Below are positions 7,259-9,862 of a stretch of DNA of 9,862 nt, in pieces (position 1 is the stretch's first letter; the number at the start of each line of letters is the position of its first letter). The position numbers were made by a program, and so were the translations under genes. The notes beneath the pieces are model-generated. The model worked only from the letters and a program-made list of their open reading frames with translations, did not search any database and was not told where the DNA came from. This stretch comes from Candidatus Helarchaeota ASGARD archaeon Hel_GB_B (lineage in GTDB: Archaea > Asgardarchaeota > Lokiarchaeia > Helarchaeales > HEL-GB-B). The stretch is taken from assembly GCA_005191425.1 (NCBI GenBank), contig SUPR01000113.1, positions 1 through 9,862 of the forward strand, in the 5' to 3' direction.

Positions 7259-7548
7259 TACTTCTAACCATTTTGAGAGGTTTAATTTATTTTTTTGTAT
7301 TAATTGTATTAATATATTCATTATTATATTTTTTACCATTGAAAGGATATTTATTTCTTATGTTTAGAATTTCAAAAAGTTTTTTGATAAATAAATTAAG
7401 AGATTTCATTAAAATTTTTTGAAATCTTTTATAATATTATTCGTTTTATTTTGTATTTACTTAGATAACCTAATTTAAATAATATATTAATATTAAAGTC
7501 TTATGAATGAATAATAAAAGAAATATTAGTAATTTTATAAAATTAGAT

Positions 7549-7941
7549 TTATAATTTAGACCTTAATTCATCTGCTAAATCTTTTGCTTCCTTACCTGCT
7601 CTTTTGATTTTGATTGATGGCCCGCGTCCAGTTATTTTCCGTTCGATTAATACTAATTGTTGGTAAGTTAAACGCTCTTTTAAGATTCCATTGCCAACAA
7701 GTAATTGTATTACCTCTTCAATTAAATTACTTACTCTAATATCCCGTTTTCGTATTTCTCCAAAATATTGATACGCGTCTGGTTGCATCCAAGTTATCAA
7801 TAACCTCTCACGCGGATTATTTTGCATCTTTTCTTCTAATTCTTCCATTTTCCTTTTTTGTTCTTCCAACTTTTTCCGTTCTAATGCTCTACGTTGCAAC
7901 TCCAATAACTTTTTTCTCTTTATTTTTTCTAAATCGTCCAT
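7549..7941 (-). CDS. PDCD5-like (dsDNA-binding / TFAR19 family) protein
   Basis: N-terminal MDDLEKIKRKKLLELQ and a Gln/Glu/Lys helix, then LL..WMQPDAY...I, IEEVIQLLVGNGILKERLT..QL..I and a basic IKIKR. This follows the archaeal PDCD5 pattern (LEAIRRKRLAELQ ... ILTPEA ... LIQLAQSG...KIT.EQL). Confidence 0.75.
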   Translation of the reverse strand: MDDLEKIKRKKLLELQRRALERKKLEEQKRKMEELEEKMQNNPRERLLITWMQPDAYQYFGEIRKRDIRVSNLIEEVIQLLVGNGILKERLTYQQLVLIERKITGRGPSIKIKRAGKEAKDLADELRSKL

Positions 7942-8376
7942 TTTATCATCATTTGAGAATTTAGTTTTTTAACAGATTCTATCAATCAAATAACTAAATC
8001 TATTTATTTATTTTTTTCCCGGAGTATTACCTTTATTTTTTACCTCAAAAATCATTTCTTTTTTACATGTTCAATAAACTTTAAGGGATTATTAAACAAA
8101 TTTTATGAAAAAATTTCTCTGAAGATTATTAATACTTATGTGGTCAAATAATAATTTGTAATCGTGATTTTAAAACATAATTATTTTTAATTGAGTTCAA
8201 ATTAATTTTATTATAAAACAAAAATTCGATTAAAAACATATAAAATAACATATAATTCAAAAACGAAATTCAAAATTGACTAACTTCGATCGTATAAAAT
8301 TGTACTTAGATTAATATTCTAAGTTTGTACTAAATCATTCTAAAAAAAATAAATATAATTAGATATTGATTGAAAA

Positions 8377-8784
8377 TTAAATACCAAAATGAGTCACTGG
8401 TATTGTTTCAAATATTGGCCGGATTATTGCAAACTGCCAGGCGGCTAAAACATATTTAAAGAATATTATAGAAAAAATTATACAGCCTAATATTATTATT
8501 TTATTAATATTTTCGAATTTCTTTAATTTTTTAAGGACGTTCAGTTCATTTTTGTCGTTAATTGGTTTCAGCCCATTATATAGTTTAATAGAATAAATTA
8601 TACCAAAAGCATAAAGACAATAAAAGACTATAAATAAAGAGGTCGGTACACCAATACAGTCTAATATTATGCCGGATGTATAGTCTAAAATTATAACAGT
8701 GGAGGTATATGAGTTGGATACAATAATCCAGCCTTTTCCAGGGACATAATCTGCATCATAAGGGACACCATTAACGCCTAAAGT
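8377..8784 (-). pseudogene. ASST-like gene, C-terminal fragment (last blade plus two predicted TM helices), absent from the ORF track
   Basis: Manual translation in frame after the TGA gives 135 aa with no ATG: TLGVNGVPYDADYVPGKGWIIVSNSYTSTVIILDYTSGIILDCIGVPTSLFIVFYCLYAFGIIYSIKLYNGLKPINDKNELNVLKKLKKFENINKIIILGCIIFSIIFFKYVLAAWQFAIIRPIFETIPVTHFGI*. Confidence 0.7.
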
Positions 8785-9096
8785 TCAAGTCTTTATTATT
8801 TGATTTGTACTTGGATTTATTTCAAGTAATATATCATTATTTGAATCATCAATTAGATAATCACCGTTTGGTAATGGGTCAATATCGCATATCCATTTCA
8901 TAATGCCGCGCCCTTTAGGATATGCATATTGCCAAATAATATTACCCGAACGGTTAATTTGAATACATCGAAAATTCTCTGAATCAGCTATTAGATAAGT
9001 TTCTGAATTATTTAAATAACATGTTCCGTGTTGATGATTCATTAAAGAATGGTCACCGGGTTTTCCTGCATGCCAAACGATCTTTTTACTTGCGTT
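8785..9096 (-). pseudogene. ASST-like gene, middle fragment
   Basis: NASKKIVWHAG...HQH...LIADSEN...DIDPLPNGDYLIDDSNN continues the propeller pattern. The track's ATG at 9117 (MRCHITQ) is an artefact of the shifted frame. Confidence 0.7.
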
Positions 9097-9694
9097 TTGC
9101 GTTATATGACACCTCAATAATCATATCAAAATTACGCAAACTTACTGAAATTATAGGACAATAGACACCAGGTAAATTGCTATTATTAATGAATTGGATT
9201 TCATTAATATGTGTCCAACATCCATGGGCTGGTTTTTGGTTTAATACATATTCTCTGGCATTAGAATTTTTACCCCAACCCCATTGATCCGCATAATCAG
9301 ACCAATTAAATTGAGTCATATTATGAAAATCTAACTCCCAAACAATTTTTTTATTTGTGATATTTACCTCTATTACTCGGTCATTTACTGTATCGGAGAT
9401 CAATATATTTCCATTTGGTAGAATATCAGAATCATGAATAAATATTATACCTCTTTTATCCCCGGAATATTCCCAATCAATTTGTCTCTTAGTTATATTC
9501 CATATTGCAACTCTATTATATTCTGAAATTAATAGATCACCTTTATATTTACCATTATTTATATAATCTACATCTGAATTTGGTACAACCTTTACAAATG
9601 ACGGGACTACAAAATTACTTATGATAAAGACAATTATAAACCCACAAACAAAAAGAATGGCCATATTCTTATATAATTTCATAATTAAACTCAA
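9086..9694 (-). pseudogene. ASST-like gene, N-terminal fragment (signal anchor plus first propeller blades)
   Basis: Hydrophobic N-terminal segment MAILFVCGFIIVFIISNFVV followed by propeller motifs. It ends 3 codons after the frameshifting duplication. Confidence 0.7.
9090..9103. repeat. Exact 7-bp tandem duplication TTGCGTT-TTGCGTT (AACGCAA x2 on the coding strand)
   Basis: Read directly at 9090-9096 and 9097-9103. It coincides with the frameshift between the two ASST-like ORFs. Confidence 0.9.
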
Positions 9695-9862
9695 CTTTTT
9701 AATTTCTTTAATGTTAAATGAATTATATTTATTTTAGTTTTTAAGATAGCGAGTTTTTTTAAAATCATTTGCTTGATAAAAATATATAAACACATAACAA
9801 ATTTTTAGGAAAAATTCATTTCCAATAGAAATCTTTTTTTATCACAAATTTAAATTTTTGAA

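Larger units (their letters stand above)
8377..9694 (-). pseudogene. Disrupted membrane-anchored arylsulfotransferase (ASST)-like beta-propeller gene
   Basis: Motifs IHDSDILPNGNILISDT.NDRVIEV, WTHINE, SLRNFD, HQH, LIADSEN and PYDADYVP. Removing one copy of the 7-bp duplication (9090-9103) and reading through the TGA at 8785-8787 gives one 1311-nt frame (436 codons plus stop) from 9694 to the TAA at 8377-8379. Confidence 0.8.

Noticed and set aside
6877-7422. 181-aa plus-strand ORF with a hydrophobic C-terminus
   Set aside because: Two-thirds of it is antisense to the 714-aa gene, which has a clear SD and Zn ribbon. The apparent TM part is just T-rich intergenic DNA.
7942-8376. Long intergenic gap with a short minus-strand frame (MIFEVKNKGNTPGKKINK)
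   Set aside because: Only 18 codons, closed upstream by a nearby stop, with no SD. No tRNA, CRISPR or IS ends were recognised.

Overview
Very AT-rich window (under about 30% GC by eye, with intergenic tracts far lower) that reads as archaeal and most likely Asgard. The evidence is an archaeal-type SAM synthetase and a PDCD5-like protein alongside two eukaryotic-signature ubiquitin-system genes. The taxonomy is inferred, not proven. Gene order: Rpn11/CSN5-like JAMM isopeptidase (+); small possible winged-helix hypothetical (-); E2 ubiquitin-conjugating enzyme with an intact HPN motif and catalytic Cys plus unusual insertions (+); MtaA/CmuA-type (UroD-fold) methyltransferase (+); archaeal methionine adenosyltransferase (-); 714-aa unknown protein with an N-terminal Zn ribbon, TPR/SNAP-like helices and three tandem ~92-aa helical repeats (-); PDCD5-like protein (-); and a membrane-anchored arylsulfotransferase-like beta-propeller gene (-). 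That last gene is broken by an exact 7-bp tandem duplication and an in-frame TGA. It can be rebuilt as a 436-codon ORF, including a 135-aa C-terminal part that the ORF track misses. No rRNA, tRNA, CRISPR array or transposase was seen.
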